This document shows, one piece after another, positions 38,712 through 48,401 of a stretch of 64,000 nt of DNA (the first letter of the stretch is position 1; each line of letters opens with the position of its first letter). The DNA is taken from NCBI GenBank assembly GCA_965248835.1, contig CBDFLJ010000001.1:2144001-2208000 (forward strand). Direction: 5' to 3'. This DNA comes from Alphaproteobacteria bacterium. GTDB lineage: Bacteria; Pseudomonadota; Alphaproteobacteria; MPNO01. Both the position numbers and the translations under genes were made by a program. A model generated the notes under the pieces. It was not told the DNA's origin. It worked only from the letters and a program-made list of their open reading frames with translations, and made no database searches.

Positions 38712-41700
38712 ATTCGGTAACGCCGCGTCAGGCAAGGCCGCGCCGTCTTCCGGCGCGCCGGCAGGCTGGCCGATGCCCTTCAGCAGGCCGCGCAGGAACC
38801 CCGGCGCGAGCACGGCCAGCGGGTTGAAGCCGAAGCGCGGCCGGTCAAGCGATCCTGCGACGTTGAAGGTCGCCGCGAACAGCCCGCCGCCCTTCTCCGG
38901 CGAGAACAGGAGGCCGAAGCCGGGAATGTTGCCCATCGCGGAGTTGATCGTATAGGCCGGGATGAGCGTGCCGCGGACATCGATCTTCCGCCCCTGCAGA
39001 TCGATGGTGCCGCGCCCGGTCATGCCGAACTCGCGGCCCAGCGCCCTGCCGTTCCTGATGCGGATCCGCGCGCCGTCATAACGGAAGGGGAGATCCAAGC
39101 GGTGAAATTGAACGCCGGCCCCGTCGAGGCTTTTCTTCAGCGTCCCGAACGAGGCAACGCCCAGTGCTCCGGCAAGCGCGGGCACATCGGCAAGCACGAA
39201 GTCCTTGACCAGCAGCCGGCCGCGCCACGGCTCGTCCGGTTGCCGGGTCGGCCGTTCGGCATTCAGCGACAGCCGGCCGCCGCGGATGCGGTCTAGGATG
39301 CCGAGGATCTTGAACGTCCGCCCGGCATCCAAGCTGTCGATCCTCAGCCGCCGGCCGGGCGGGCCGGCGTTATAGGCGATCTCGATCGGCTTGGCGTTGG
39401 GGAACCGTCCGTTGATCAGGATCTTTCGCCATCCGCCCCGGTCGCGTTGCAATTCCACCCGCGCGGCCGCGATGGGCTGACCGGGGCGCAGCACCAGACG
39501 GCCCAGACTCGCGTTCACGCGGAGCGATGGGAGCGCGTCGTCGGACGGCCGGTTCACCCGTCCAATCAGCGGCGAGGCATCGAAGCGCCGCCCGGTCGCC
39601 TCAATCGTCCAGCCCGCCGGGCCATCGCGGACAATCCGCCCACCCAGATCGATCCGATCGCCGATCACCAGGCGCGCGATGTCGATCGACGCGATCCCGC
39701 CCTCGCGCATCATCGTGATGGTCCCGGATGCCTTCAGATCTGCGGCCGCGATGCGGTCGAGCCGCACCGACCGAACGGTATCGCCGTCATAGGCCAACGC
39801 GAACGTCGCCTCCGCCGCGCGACCCGGCGGCTTGCGCCAATCGAGCGCGGCGATTTCCAATGCGCTGCCGCCCAGATCCAGCCTGCCCGAGGCGGACCGT
39901 GTTCCGTCGGGAGCAATCGTGTAGGAGGCCGCGAGGTCGACCGGCCCGGTCACGATCGGTGCCAAATCGATGCCGAGCCGCACGCGGTCGGCCTCATCCA
40001 GGCGCGCGCGCACGTCATAACGGCTGCGGAACGGACCCAGACCGTCGAAGCGTTCGCTCCAATCGACGTCGGCGGCGATCTCGGAGATGCGGGCCTTGCC
40101 GGAGATCCGCATGCCTCTGCCGTCGATCACGGCCGAGAACGAGCCGCCGGCAAGATCGTGCCCGAGGAACGTTTCGGGGATCGACAAGGCTTCGAGCCGC
40201 GCGTTGGCACCGATCTCGACATCGTCGAAGGCGAGCGCGGCGATGGCGGGAAATCGGGCGGTGATCCTCATCGCCGCTCGACCCGCAACGCGGGCAGGCG
40301 TCAGCCCCAGCCGGCTGGGGTAGCCCAAGCGCGGGTGATCGAGGATCTCCAGCACGCTCCACAACGGCCCGCCGATGGCGGCGTCCACCGAGATCTCGGC
40401 CTTGCCCGAGGACAGGCCGGTAATCGAGACCGTGCCGTGTTCCACCTCGAGCGCCCGCAGAAATCCGCGTTTGATGGCGATTTCCGCCCGGTCCGGTCCG
40501 ATCTCGACCGATGCGTCGATATCGACGATGGGCTCCAGCGGCCGCAGATAGTGGACCCGCGTGCGGGTCAGACCGAGCGTGACCCTGGCGCGGACGAGTT
40601 CCGGCGCGGCGTCGGCCGCCGGCAGGCGCACGGCGAAGTCGGCGTTCAGGTCCTCGATCCTGCCGCGGTCGAGGTTCTCGGCGATCCAGGCCCTGGCGCC
40701 CCGCGCCACACCCGGCGGCCAGTAGCGGGGCAAGATCTCGAAGTTCATTCCGCTGAGGCCTGCGATGCCTGAGGCGAGGGCATCGCCGCCGATGCCGCTG
40801 ATCTTTCCGTTCAGCGTGAGCCGCGGGCCGCCGAGGTCGATCTCCATCTGGTCGAAGCGCAACAGACCGGCCGCGGCCTCGAAGGAACCGGTAGCACTGA
40901 ACGCGGTGAGATCGAATTGGTGGCGGCCGAGCGCCGCATGGCTCGCGGTGCCGGCACCGCCGGCGAGCGTGAAGCGAACCGCCTCGACGGCGCCCCGCGG
41001 GTCGATCCGCGCCCTGATCGTGCCGCCGACCGGCACCGCCAGCCCTCGCAGGTGCTCTGTCGGCGGCACCGCCCGAGCCAGGCCGCGGGCGAGGAGGTCG
41101 GGCCTCGCCCCGCCGAGATTGGCGACGATGTCGATTGTACCGCTGGCGGCGTCCCGGCCGAGCGTGCCCTCGACCGAAGCCCGCGCCGGGCCGAGCCGGG
41201 CCTCGAACTCGAAGCTCGCCCGCAGACCGCCGTCACCGTTGATGATCACCGCTGCGGCACGGGGGGCCGTCCAGGTCAGGCCAAGCCGCCGATCATCGAT
41301 CCGCAGGCGCGCACGCTGGATGCCGATTCGCCGGAGTCCCGCCCAGGGACCCGTGCCTTCGCGCAGGTCCGTCAGGTCGGCGAGACCCAGCGGCATGATC
41401 GCGCCGTCCGGGCCGGAAAGGCCGAGCGTCACCGCGCTGTCCACTTCCCGCGTGATGGTCACGTCCGGGCCGATCAAGCCGAGACGAGTCGGCCGGATCT
41501 CGCCTGCCAGCAGCGAGCGGAAGGCAAGGCTGACGGAAACTTCGGGGATGGTTGCCAGCACCCTGCCCTGCGTGTCGCTGACGCTGAGAGCGATCACCCT
41601 GATTTCCAGCGGCCGGTGCCAGCCGCCCCAGGTGAGCACGACATCGCGGATCCGCACCCTGTCGGGCACCGCGATCCCGGCCAGGGCCTGGTCGAAATAG

Positions 41701-41828
41701 GGCTTGGCAAAGCCCAGGGAGACCGGACCCTGCGACAGCCGCCAGGCGCCGAGCCCGGCCAACCCGCCGGCCGCGAGCAGGCCGACCAGAATCAAGTCGA
41801 TGCAGATGTGGGTGAACCGGCGGATCAC
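38709..41828 (-). CDS. AsmA-like/YhdP (DUF3971) envelope protein
   Basis: N-terminal TM followed by RLSQGP, WP......AR.WI..N...G, C-terminal GTLIPAY.IN...IP..G.L and NPL..LAPGFLR. Confidence 0.8.
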   Translation of the reverse strand: MIRRFTHICIDLILVGLLAAGGLAGLGAWRLSQGPVSLGFAKPYFDQALAGIAVPDRVRIRDVVLTWGGWHRPLEIRVIALSVSDTQGRVLATIPEVSVSLAFRSLLAGEIRPTRLGLIGPDVTITREVDSAVTLGLSGPDGAIMPLGLADLTDLREGTGPWAGLRRIGIQRARLRIDDRRLGLTWTAPRAAAVIINGDGGLRASFEFEARLGPARASVEGTLGRDAASGTIDIVANLGGARPDLLARGLARAVPPTEHLRGLAVPVGGTIRARIDPRGAVEAVRFTLAGGAGTASHAALGRHQFDLTAFSATGSFEAAAGLLRFDQMEIDLGGPRLTLNGKISGIGGDALASGIAGLSGMNFEILPRYWPPGVARGARAWIAENLDRGRIEDLNADFAVRLPAADAAPELVRARVTLGLTRTRVHYLRPLEPIVDIDASVEIGPDRAEIAIKRGFLRALEVEHGTVSITGLSSGKAEISVDAAIGGPLWSVLEILDHPRLGYPSRLGLTPARVAGRAAMRITARFPAIAALAFDDVEIGANARLEALSIPETFLGHDLAGGSFSAVIDGRGMRISGKARISEIAADVDWSERFDGLGPFRSRYDVRARLDEADRVRLGIDLAPIVTGPVDLAASYTIAPDGTRSASGRLDLGGSALEIAALDWRKPPGRAAEATFALAYDGDTVRSVRLDRIAAADLKASGTITMMREGGIASIDIARLVIGDRIDLGGRIVRDGPAGWTIEATGRRFDASPLIGRVNRPSDDALPSLRVNASLGRLVLRPGQPIAAARVELQRDRGGWRKILINGRFPNAKPIEIAYNAGPPGRRLRIDSLDAGRTFKILGILDRIRGGRLSLNAERPTRQPDEPWRGRLLVKDFVLADVPALAGALGVASFGTLKKSLDGAGVQFHRLDLPFRYDGARIRIRNGRALGREFGMTGRGTIDLQGRKIDVRGTLIPAYTINSAMGNIPGFGLLFSPEKGGGLFAATFNVAGSLDRPRFGFNPLAVLAPGFLRGLLKGIGQPAGAPEDGAALPDAALPN

Positions 41829-41918
41829 GGCCTTGGCCGAGCCGCTTGACCGCCGCGGTTCGGCCCCTCACCTTCTGGGCGGCCTTGCGCGCAGGCGCGG
41901 CCACTTGGAGAGACAAGG

Positions 41919-44888
41919 TTGACGATCATCGCGCGCGACTTCCTCACGGAGGCCGCGATCCGGCCTCGGCCGGCCGACAAGGCGGCGGTCGCGCTGGCCT
42001 TCCAGCGCTGGGACGAAGAGGCCGAGTCCGCCGGCGGCGAGACCGCTGAACACGCCCGGGCGATCGCTGCGGACGCTGACGGCCATGCGTTGCTGTCTGC
42101 GCTCTTCGGCAACAGCCCATATCTCACACAATGCGCCGTCCGCGACATCGGGTTCGCTTGTGAATTGCTTGCCGAGGGGCCTCGATCGGCATGGGATCGC
42201 ATGGTCGCGACGCTGGCCTCCGTACCGCCGCAGCATGCGGATACCGATGAAATAAAGAACACGTTACGACTCGCCAAGAGGCGATCTGCGCTGGCCACCG
42301 CCCTGGCCGATCTTTCAGGGGTCTGGTCGGTCGAACAGGTCGGGGAGGCGCTCAGTGCGTTTGCCGAGGACGCGCTAGGCCTTTCGGTCCGCCATCTGAT
42401 CGCCAGGGCGGCGGCGGCCGGCGAATTCGCCGGCGGCGTGGCCGACGAGGACCCGGCGCGCGGCTCGGGTTGGATCGTGCTCGGCATGGGCAAGCTCGGC
42501 GGCCGCGAACTCAACTATTCGAGCGATATCGACCTCGTCGTGCTCTACGACGACGAGGTCGCCCGGTACACCGGCAAGACCAGCCTGCAGCAATGCATGG
42601 TCCGCATGACCCGGGACCTGGTCCGGATGATGGCGGAGCGCACCGCCGCCGGCTACGTCTTCCGCACCGACCTGCGGCTGAGGCCCGATCCCGGCTCGAC
42701 CCCGGTGGCGATCTCGACCCGGGCGGCGGAGACCTATTACGAAAGCGCCGGTCAGAACTGGGAACGGGCGGCCATGATCAAGGCGCGGCCGGTGGCCGGC
42801 GACATCGCGGCGGGCGAGGCGTTCCTGGAGATCCTGCGTCCGTTCATCTGGCGCAGGAACCTCGATTTCGCCGCGATCCAGGACATCCACTCGATCAAGC
42901 GCCAGATTCACGCCCAGCGCGGCGGCTCGTCCATCGCGGTGGCCGGGCACAACATCAAGCTCGGCCGCGGCGGCATCCGCGAGATCGAGTTCTTCGCCCA
43001 GACCCAGCAGCTCATCTGGGGCGGGCGGCATCCGGACCTGCGGCCGCGGGCGACCTGCGATGCGCTGCGTGCGCTCGCCGCCTCCGGGCAGCTGGAATCG
43101 ATCGTCAGCGGCCGGCTGATTCAGGCCTATCGCTTCCTGCGCCGGCTGGAGAACCGGCTGCAGATGGTCGACGACCAGCAGACCCATGCGATACCCGAGG
43201 CCGAGGCGGCGCTCGACGGGATCGCGGCGATGATGGGCCATGGCGACGTGGCCGCGTTCCGCACCGCGCTCCTGGAGGAGTTGCGCGCCGTGGAGTCGCA
43301 CTACGCGGTGCTGTTCGAGAAGAGCCCCGACCTGTCGGGGCCCGGCAACCTGGTCTTCACCGGCGCCGATGACGACCCGGAGACCCTCAAGACGCTCGAG
43401 CGGCTCGGCTTCCGCGACCCCGCCATGGTCGCCGGCCGCATCCGGGTCTGGCATCACGGACGCTACGCCGCAACCCGCAGCGCGCGCGCGCGAGAGCTCC
43501 TGACCGAACTGATCCCGACGATCCTGGAGAACTCCTCGCGCACGATCGACCCGGACGCGGCGCTGTTGAAGTTCGACGACTTCCTCAGGGCGTTGCCGGC
43601 GGGCGTCCAGCTCCTGTCGCTGTTCAGCAACAACCCGGCGCTGCTCGCGCTGGTGGCCCGGATCATGGGCAGCGCGCCGCGGCTCGCCGACTGGTTGAGC
43701 CGCCATCCCATCCTGCTCGACGGCGTGCTCAGCAGCGATTTCTTCGACGCGACGCCGACCGAGGCCGCCCTGGAGGGCGCGTTGGCGGGCGCGCTGGCCC
43801 AGGCCCGCGATTTTCAGGACGTGCTCGACATCGCCCGGCGCTGGAACAACGACAGGACCTTTCAGGTCGGCGCCCAGATCCTCGACGACCGGATCACGGT
43901 CGAAGATGCCGCCGGGGTGCTGTCCAACGTCGCGGCGACGGTGATCCGAGCGATTCTACCGGCGACCGCCCGCGAGTTCGCGCGCGCCCACGGCGCGGTG
44001 CCGGGCGGCGCGTTCGCAGTCGTGGCCTTCGGCAAGCTCGGCGGGGCGGAGCTCATGGTCGGCTCCGATCTCGATTTGATGTTCGTCTACGACGCGCCGG
44101 GCGAGGTCGCCGAATCGGACGGCGCGAAACCCTTGGCGAGCCCAGCCTATTTCGCCCGGCTTTGCCAGCGCTTCATCGGCGCGATGAACGCGCCAACCGC
44201 CGAGGGCCGGCTTTATGAGATCGACATGCGGCTTCGCCCGGCCGGCGCGGCCGGCCCCATCGCGACCTCGCTGGCGGCGTTCACCCGCTACCAGGAGAGC
44301 GATGCGTGGACCTGGGAGCATATGGCGCTCACCCGTGCCAGGGTGATCGCCGCACCCGCGCCGCTGGCCGCCCGGCTCGAAACGCAGATCAGGGCTGTGC
44401 TGACCGCCGAGCGCGATGCGGCCGCACTGGCGCGCGCGGTCGCGGACATGCGCGCGCGAATGGCCCGCGAGCACGGCGCCAAGGACTGGTGGGTGATCAA
44501 GCACTATCGCGGCGGGCTGATCGACATCGAATTCATCGCCCAATACCTCCAGCTCCGGCACGCCGCCGTCCACCCGGAGGTTCTGGCACCGAACACCGCG
44601 GACGCGCTGGCCCGGCTTGCCGCCGCCGGGGTGCTCGACGGCGCCACGGCAACCGAGCTGATCGAAGCGACGCGGTTGTGGCGCCGTCTGCAGGGCGTCT
44701 TGCGGCTCGCCTTCGGCGGCGGCTCGGGCGGGCGCGAGGCGTCCGCCGAGCGCCGGGGTTTCATCGCCCACGTGGTCGGGGCCGAAGACTTCGCCGATCT
44801 GGAGCGCCGGTGCATCGAAGTCGCCGCGCGCGTGCGGGCGCATTTCACGGCAATAGTCGAGGCGTCGGCGCGGCGGTCGCCGTCCTGA
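41919..44888 (+). CDS. glnE: Bifunctional glutamine synthetase adenylyltransferase/deadenylase
   Basis: Two nucleotidyltransferase motifs (GKLGGRELNYSSDIDL, GKLGGAELMVGSDLDL), DLRLRP, WERAAMIKAR, GGIREIEF. Confidence 0.95.
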   Translation: MTIIARDFLTEAAIRPRPADKAAVALAFQRWDEEAESAGGETAEHARAIAADADGHALLSALFGNSPYLTQCAVRDIGFACELLAEGPRSAWDRMVATLASVPPQHADTDEIKNTLRLAKRRSALATALADLSGVWSVEQVGEALSAFAEDALGLSVRHLIARAAAAGEFAGGVADEDPARGSGWIVLGMGKLGGRELNYSSDIDLVVLYDDEVARYTGKTSLQQCMVRMTRDLVRMMAERTAAGYVFRTDLRLRPDPGSTPVAISTRAAETYYESAGQNWERAAMIKARPVAGDIAAGEAFLEILRPFIWRRNLDFAAIQDIHSIKRQIHAQRGGSSIAVAGHNIKLGRGGIREIEFFAQTQQLIWGGRHPDLRPRATCDALRALAASGQLESIVSGRLIQAYRFLRRLENRLQMVDDQQTHAIPEAEAALDGIAAMMGHGDVAAFRTALLEELRAVESHYAVLFEKSPDLSGPGNLVFTGADDDPETLKTLERLGFRDPAMVAGRIRVWHHGRYAATRSARARELLTELIPTILENSSRTIDPDAALLKFDDFLRALPAGVQLLSLFSNNPALLALVARIMGSAPRLADWLSRHPILLDGVLSSDFFDATPTEAALEGALAGALAQARDFQDVLDIARRWNNDRTFQVGAQILDDRITVEDAAGVLSNVAATVIRAILPATAREFARAHGAVPGGAFAVVAFGKLGGAELMVGSDLDLMFVYDAPGEVAESDGAKPLASPAYFARLCQRFIGAMNAPTAEGRLYEIDMRLRPAGAAGPIATSLAAFTRYQESDAWTWEHMALTRARVIAAPAPLAARLETQIRAVLTAERDAAALARAVADMRARMAREHGAKDWWVIKHYRGGLIDIEFIAQYLQLRHAAVHPEVLAPNTADALARLAAAGVLDGATATELIEATRLWRRLQGVLRLAFGGGSGGREASAERRGFIAHVVGAEDFADLERRCIEVAARVRAHFTAIVEASARRSPS

Positions 44889-44910
44889 CGTCGGGCGATC
44901 GGCCGCCCGC

Positions 44911-45930
44911 TCAGTGCCGCCGCGGCAGCTTCATGTAGTCGTAACGGTCGCCCGCCTTCACCCGCACCGACAGCACGTCGTCATCACGCAGCACCGTGAA
45001 CCGCAGCGCGGCGCCGGGTCCGCCGGCCTCCCATAGCGTGCGGTAGTAATGGCCGAGCCCGCTGACCGCGACGCCTTCCAGCGACAACACGACATCGCCG
45101 GGCTCCATGCCGGCCTGGTCGGCCGGGGCGTTGGGTGCGACCCCGGTGACGATCAACCGGCCCGCGGCCTCGCCGACATACATGCCGAGCCAGGGCCGTC
45201 CCGCGCGCTCGGCGCGTCCGGTCCGGACCATCGAGCCCTTGATCGGCGCCAGAAGGTCGATCGGCACGAACATGTTGCCGGGGACCACATCGCCGCCGTC
45301 CACCGAGTGCTCGATATAGAGCGAGCCGGTGCCGACCAGCCTGCCGGCCCGATCGATCAGCGCCGCGCCGCCCCAAAAGGGGTGCATGGGCACGGTGTAG
45401 ATCGCCTCGTCCAGCATGTACTCCCAAGCGCCGGCGAACTCGTGGATCGAGACCACCTGGGCGGCGATGGCATGGCTCGCCCCGCCGAACGAGGCGACGA
45501 CCACCGGATCGGCCTCGGCCAGTTCCGCCGACCGGCCGACCTCGATCGGCGGGATATCGAGCGGCTCCAGGGCGCGGACCATGCCGAAACCGGTCTCGTG
45601 GTCATAGGCGATCGGCTCGGCGCGGATCGTGCGGCCGTCGCGCGGGATAAGAAAGACCGTTTCCGCCTCGCTGACCAGATAGCCGATGGTGAGCACGAGC
45701 CCGTCGGCATCGATCAGCACACCGTTGCCCTCGCGCTCGGTCCCCAGGATGGTCGCGGTGAACGCACCGGTCGGCACCTCGGCATGCAGCTTGAAGACCG
45801 CGCCGAGCACGCCGTCCAGGTCGTAGTCGAGCTTCGCCGGGTCGGGGTGAGGCGCGCCCTGCAGAGCCGGATGCAGGACATCAAGCACCCCGTGGGGCCG
45901 GCGGCCGTTGGCGCGTTCGATGCCGGTCAT
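44911..45930 (-). CDS. HtrA/S1C trypsin-like plus PDZ protein, catalytic residues apparently missing
   Basis: GNGVLID.DGLVLTIGYLV, GGAALID..G.LVG, PWLG...PA..AG...GDV PDZ domain. Confidence 0.8.
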   Translation of the reverse strand: MTGIERANGRRPHGVLDVLHPALQGAPHPDPAKLDYDLDGVLGAVFKLHAEVPTGAFTATILGTEREGNGVLIDADGLVLTIGYLVSEAETVFLIPRDGRTIRAEPIAYDHETGFGMVRALEPLDIPPIEVGRSAELAEADPVVVASFGGASHAIAAQVVSIHEFAGAWEYMLDEAIYTVPMHPFWGGAALIDRAGRLVGTGSLYIEHSVDGGDVVPGNMFVPIDLLAPIKGSMVRTGRAERAGRPWLGMYVGEAAGRLIVTGVAPNAPADQAGMEPGDVVLSLEGVAVSGLGHYYRTLWEAGGPGAALRFTVLRDDDVLSVRVKAGDRYDYMKLPRRH

Positions 45931-46122
45931 GGCTCCACGCCGGAGCGCGTGCGGTTGCGCCGTTCCATGGAAGCAGGCTAGCGCCTGGCCGCGGCCGCGA
46001 CAAATGCATTATTCACCGGCCGGCTTGCCCCTTGGGGTCCCGTGGCACGAGATGTCGGGCTGGAAGCCGGGCCGACCGGAACCCTTGACAAGCGCCGTGT
46101 GCCCGGGGACAAGCCTCGGGTC

Positions 46123-47187
46123 ATGGATTTCGGAGTGAGTTTCGCGAGCGCGGCGGAACATTGGCGCGTGGCCAAGCGGGCCGAGGCGCTGGGGTTCAGC
46201 CACGCGTGGTTCTCCGACACCCAGCTCCTCAACGCCGACGTGTTCGTCGCCATGGCCGCGGCGGCGATGGAGACCACGAAGATCCGGCTGGGCAGCGCGG
46301 TGGTGGTGCCGTCCAACCGGATCGCGCCGGTCACCGCTAACGCGCTTGCTTCGCTCAACAAGCTCGCCCCGGGCCGGATCGATTTCGGCATCTCGACGGG
46401 CTTCACCGCGCGGCGAACGATGGGCCTGGGCGCGGTGAGCCTGGCCGAGATGGAGGACTATATCGAGATCGTCCGCGGCCTGCTCGATTGCCGGACCGTC
46501 GAATGGACCGGCGAGGGCCGCCGCCGCAAGGTGCGGTTTCTCAATCCCGAGCTCGGCCTGATCAACACCACCGATCCGGTCCGGCTGCACGTCTCGGCGA
46601 TGGGCTCGAGGAGCCGACGGCTGACCGCTCGGCTGGGCGCCGGCTGGATGAGCAGCATCCCCGGGCTCGACTACGGCACCGCGGCGATCGCAGACATGCA
46701 GGCGGCCTGGGCCGCGGCCGGGCGGCCGGCGGCGGCGCTGTATTCGACCGCAATCACCGGCGGCTGCGTCCTGGCCGAGGGCGAGCCTTTCGACAGCCCC
46801 AAGGCGAAGGCGCTCGCCGGTCCCGCCGCCGCGGTGACCCTGCACAACCTGGTCGAGCAGGAGCGGTTTGGAAGCATCAGGCTCGGCCTGCCGGCGGCGC
46901 TGGAAGATCTCCTGGACCGCTACCGGGCGCTCTATGAGTCCTACGAGCCGGAGGATGCGCGCTACCTGACTCTCCACCGCGGCCACCTGCTGTTCCTGAG
47001 ACCGGACGAAGAGCCGCTGATCACCGCCGATCTGATCAAACACACCACGATCACCGGCACCAGGGCGGCGCTGCGCGAGCAGATCCGGGCTCTGGAGCGC
47101 GCCGGGTTCAGCCAGTTCTCCTGCCATATCCGATACGGCCACGAGTCCTCGATCGAGGACTGGGTCGATGTCATCGAGGGGCTCTGA
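46123..47187 (+). CDS. LLM-class flavin- or F420-dependent oxidoreductase (Mer-like)
   Basis: AEALGFSHAWFSD, TTKIRLG, R.APVTAN.LASLN.LAPGR..FG..TG. Confidence 0.87.
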   Translation: MDFGVSFASAAEHWRVAKRAEALGFSHAWFSDTQLLNADVFVAMAAAAMETTKIRLGSAVVVPSNRIAPVTANALASLNKLAPGRIDFGISTGFTARRTMGLGAVSLAEMEDYIEIVRGLLDCRTVEWTGEGRRRKVRFLNPELGLINTTDPVRLHVSAMGSRSRRLTARLGAGWMSSIPGLDYGTAAIADMQAAWAAAGRPAAALYSTAITGGCVLAEGEPFDSPKAKALAGPAAAVTLHNLVEQERFGSIRLGLPAALEDLLDRYRALYESYEPEDARYLTLHRGHLLFLRPDEEPLITADLIKHTTITGTRAALREQIRALERAGFSQFSCHIRYGHESSIEDWVDVIEGL

Positions 47188-47233
47188 GCTCGGACGCGGC
47201 CCGGTCGGCGCGACGTGCCTGGATCCTTGCCGC

Positions 47234-48365
47234 CTATTGGGCGGTCGGCGGCTGGGCGGTTGATCCGGCGCCGAGCCGCGCCGCCAGCGCGGCGGTCATG
47301 AAGTCGTCGAGGTCGCCGTCGAGCACAGCCTGCGGGTTGCCCTTCTCGACGTTGGTCCTGAGGTCCTTGACGATCTGGTAGGGCTGCAGGACGTAAGAGC
47401 GGATCTGGTGGCCCCAACCGATCTCGGACTTTGCCTCGTGCTCGGCCTGGGCCTCGGCCTCGCGGCGTTGCAGCTCCCGCTCGTAGAGCCGGGCGCGGAG
47501 CATCGTGAAGGCGGCTGCCCGGTTCCTGTGCTGCGACCGGTCGTTCTGGCACTGGACGACGATCCCGGTCGGCAGATGGGTGATTCGCACGGCGCTGTCG
47601 GTCCGGTTGACGTGCTGGCCGCCGGCGCCCGAAGCACGGTAGGTGTCGATCCGCAGGTCCTTCTCCTCGATCTCGATGTCGATATTGTCCTCGATCACCG
47701 GATAGGCCCAGACCGAAGCGAAGCTGGTGTGGCGCCGGGCGCTGGCGTCGTAGGGCGAGATGCGCACCAGGCGGTGGACCCCGCTTTCGGTCTTGAGCCA
47801 GCCATAGGCGTTCTCGCCCTTGATGCGCAGCGTGGTCGATTTGATCCCGGCCTCCTCGCCCGGACTTTCTTCGATCCATTCGACCGAGTAGCCGTGCGCC
47901 TCGGCCCAGCGGGTATACATCCGCGCCAGCATCTCGGCCCAGTCCTGCGATTCGGTGCCGCCGGCACCGGCATGGACCTCCAGGAAGCTGTCGTTGCCGT
48001 CGGCCTCGCCCGACAGCAGGCTCTCCGCTTCGAGCCGGGCGGTTTTGGCGTGCAGGTCGAGCAGCGCGGCCTCGGCCTCGGCGACGATCTCGGCGTCGTT
48101 CTCGGCTTCGCCCAGCTCGATCAACTCGCGGTTCTCCGCCACGCCGCGCTCCAACGCCAAATAGCGCTCGAGCGCGGCCTCGAGCCGGGTACGCTCGCGC
48201 ATCACCTCGCGCGCGCTGCCGGGATCGTTCCAAAGATCGGGGGCTTCCGCCCGCGCGTTCAGTTCGACCAAGCGTGCCTGCGCGGCCTCGGGGTCAAAGG
48301 TGCCTCCTCAGCAGCGCCAGGGACTGCTCGATATCGCTCAGGACGGATTCGATTTCGGCTCGCAT
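47234..48365 (-). CDS. prfB: Peptide chain release factor 2 (programmed +1 frameshift)
   Basis: 23-codon ORF1 [23 protein letters not shown] ends at CTT-TGA-C; ORF2 has [28 protein letters not shown]. Confidence 0.97.
48293..48308 (-). other. prfB +1 frameshift cassette
   Basis: AGGAGG-CAC-CTT-TGA-C: internal Shine-Dalgarno sequence plus slippery site. Confidence 0.95.
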
Positions 48366-48401
48366 TGGATGGGCACTCAGGGGCAGACGGATTTCGCGAC
48401 C

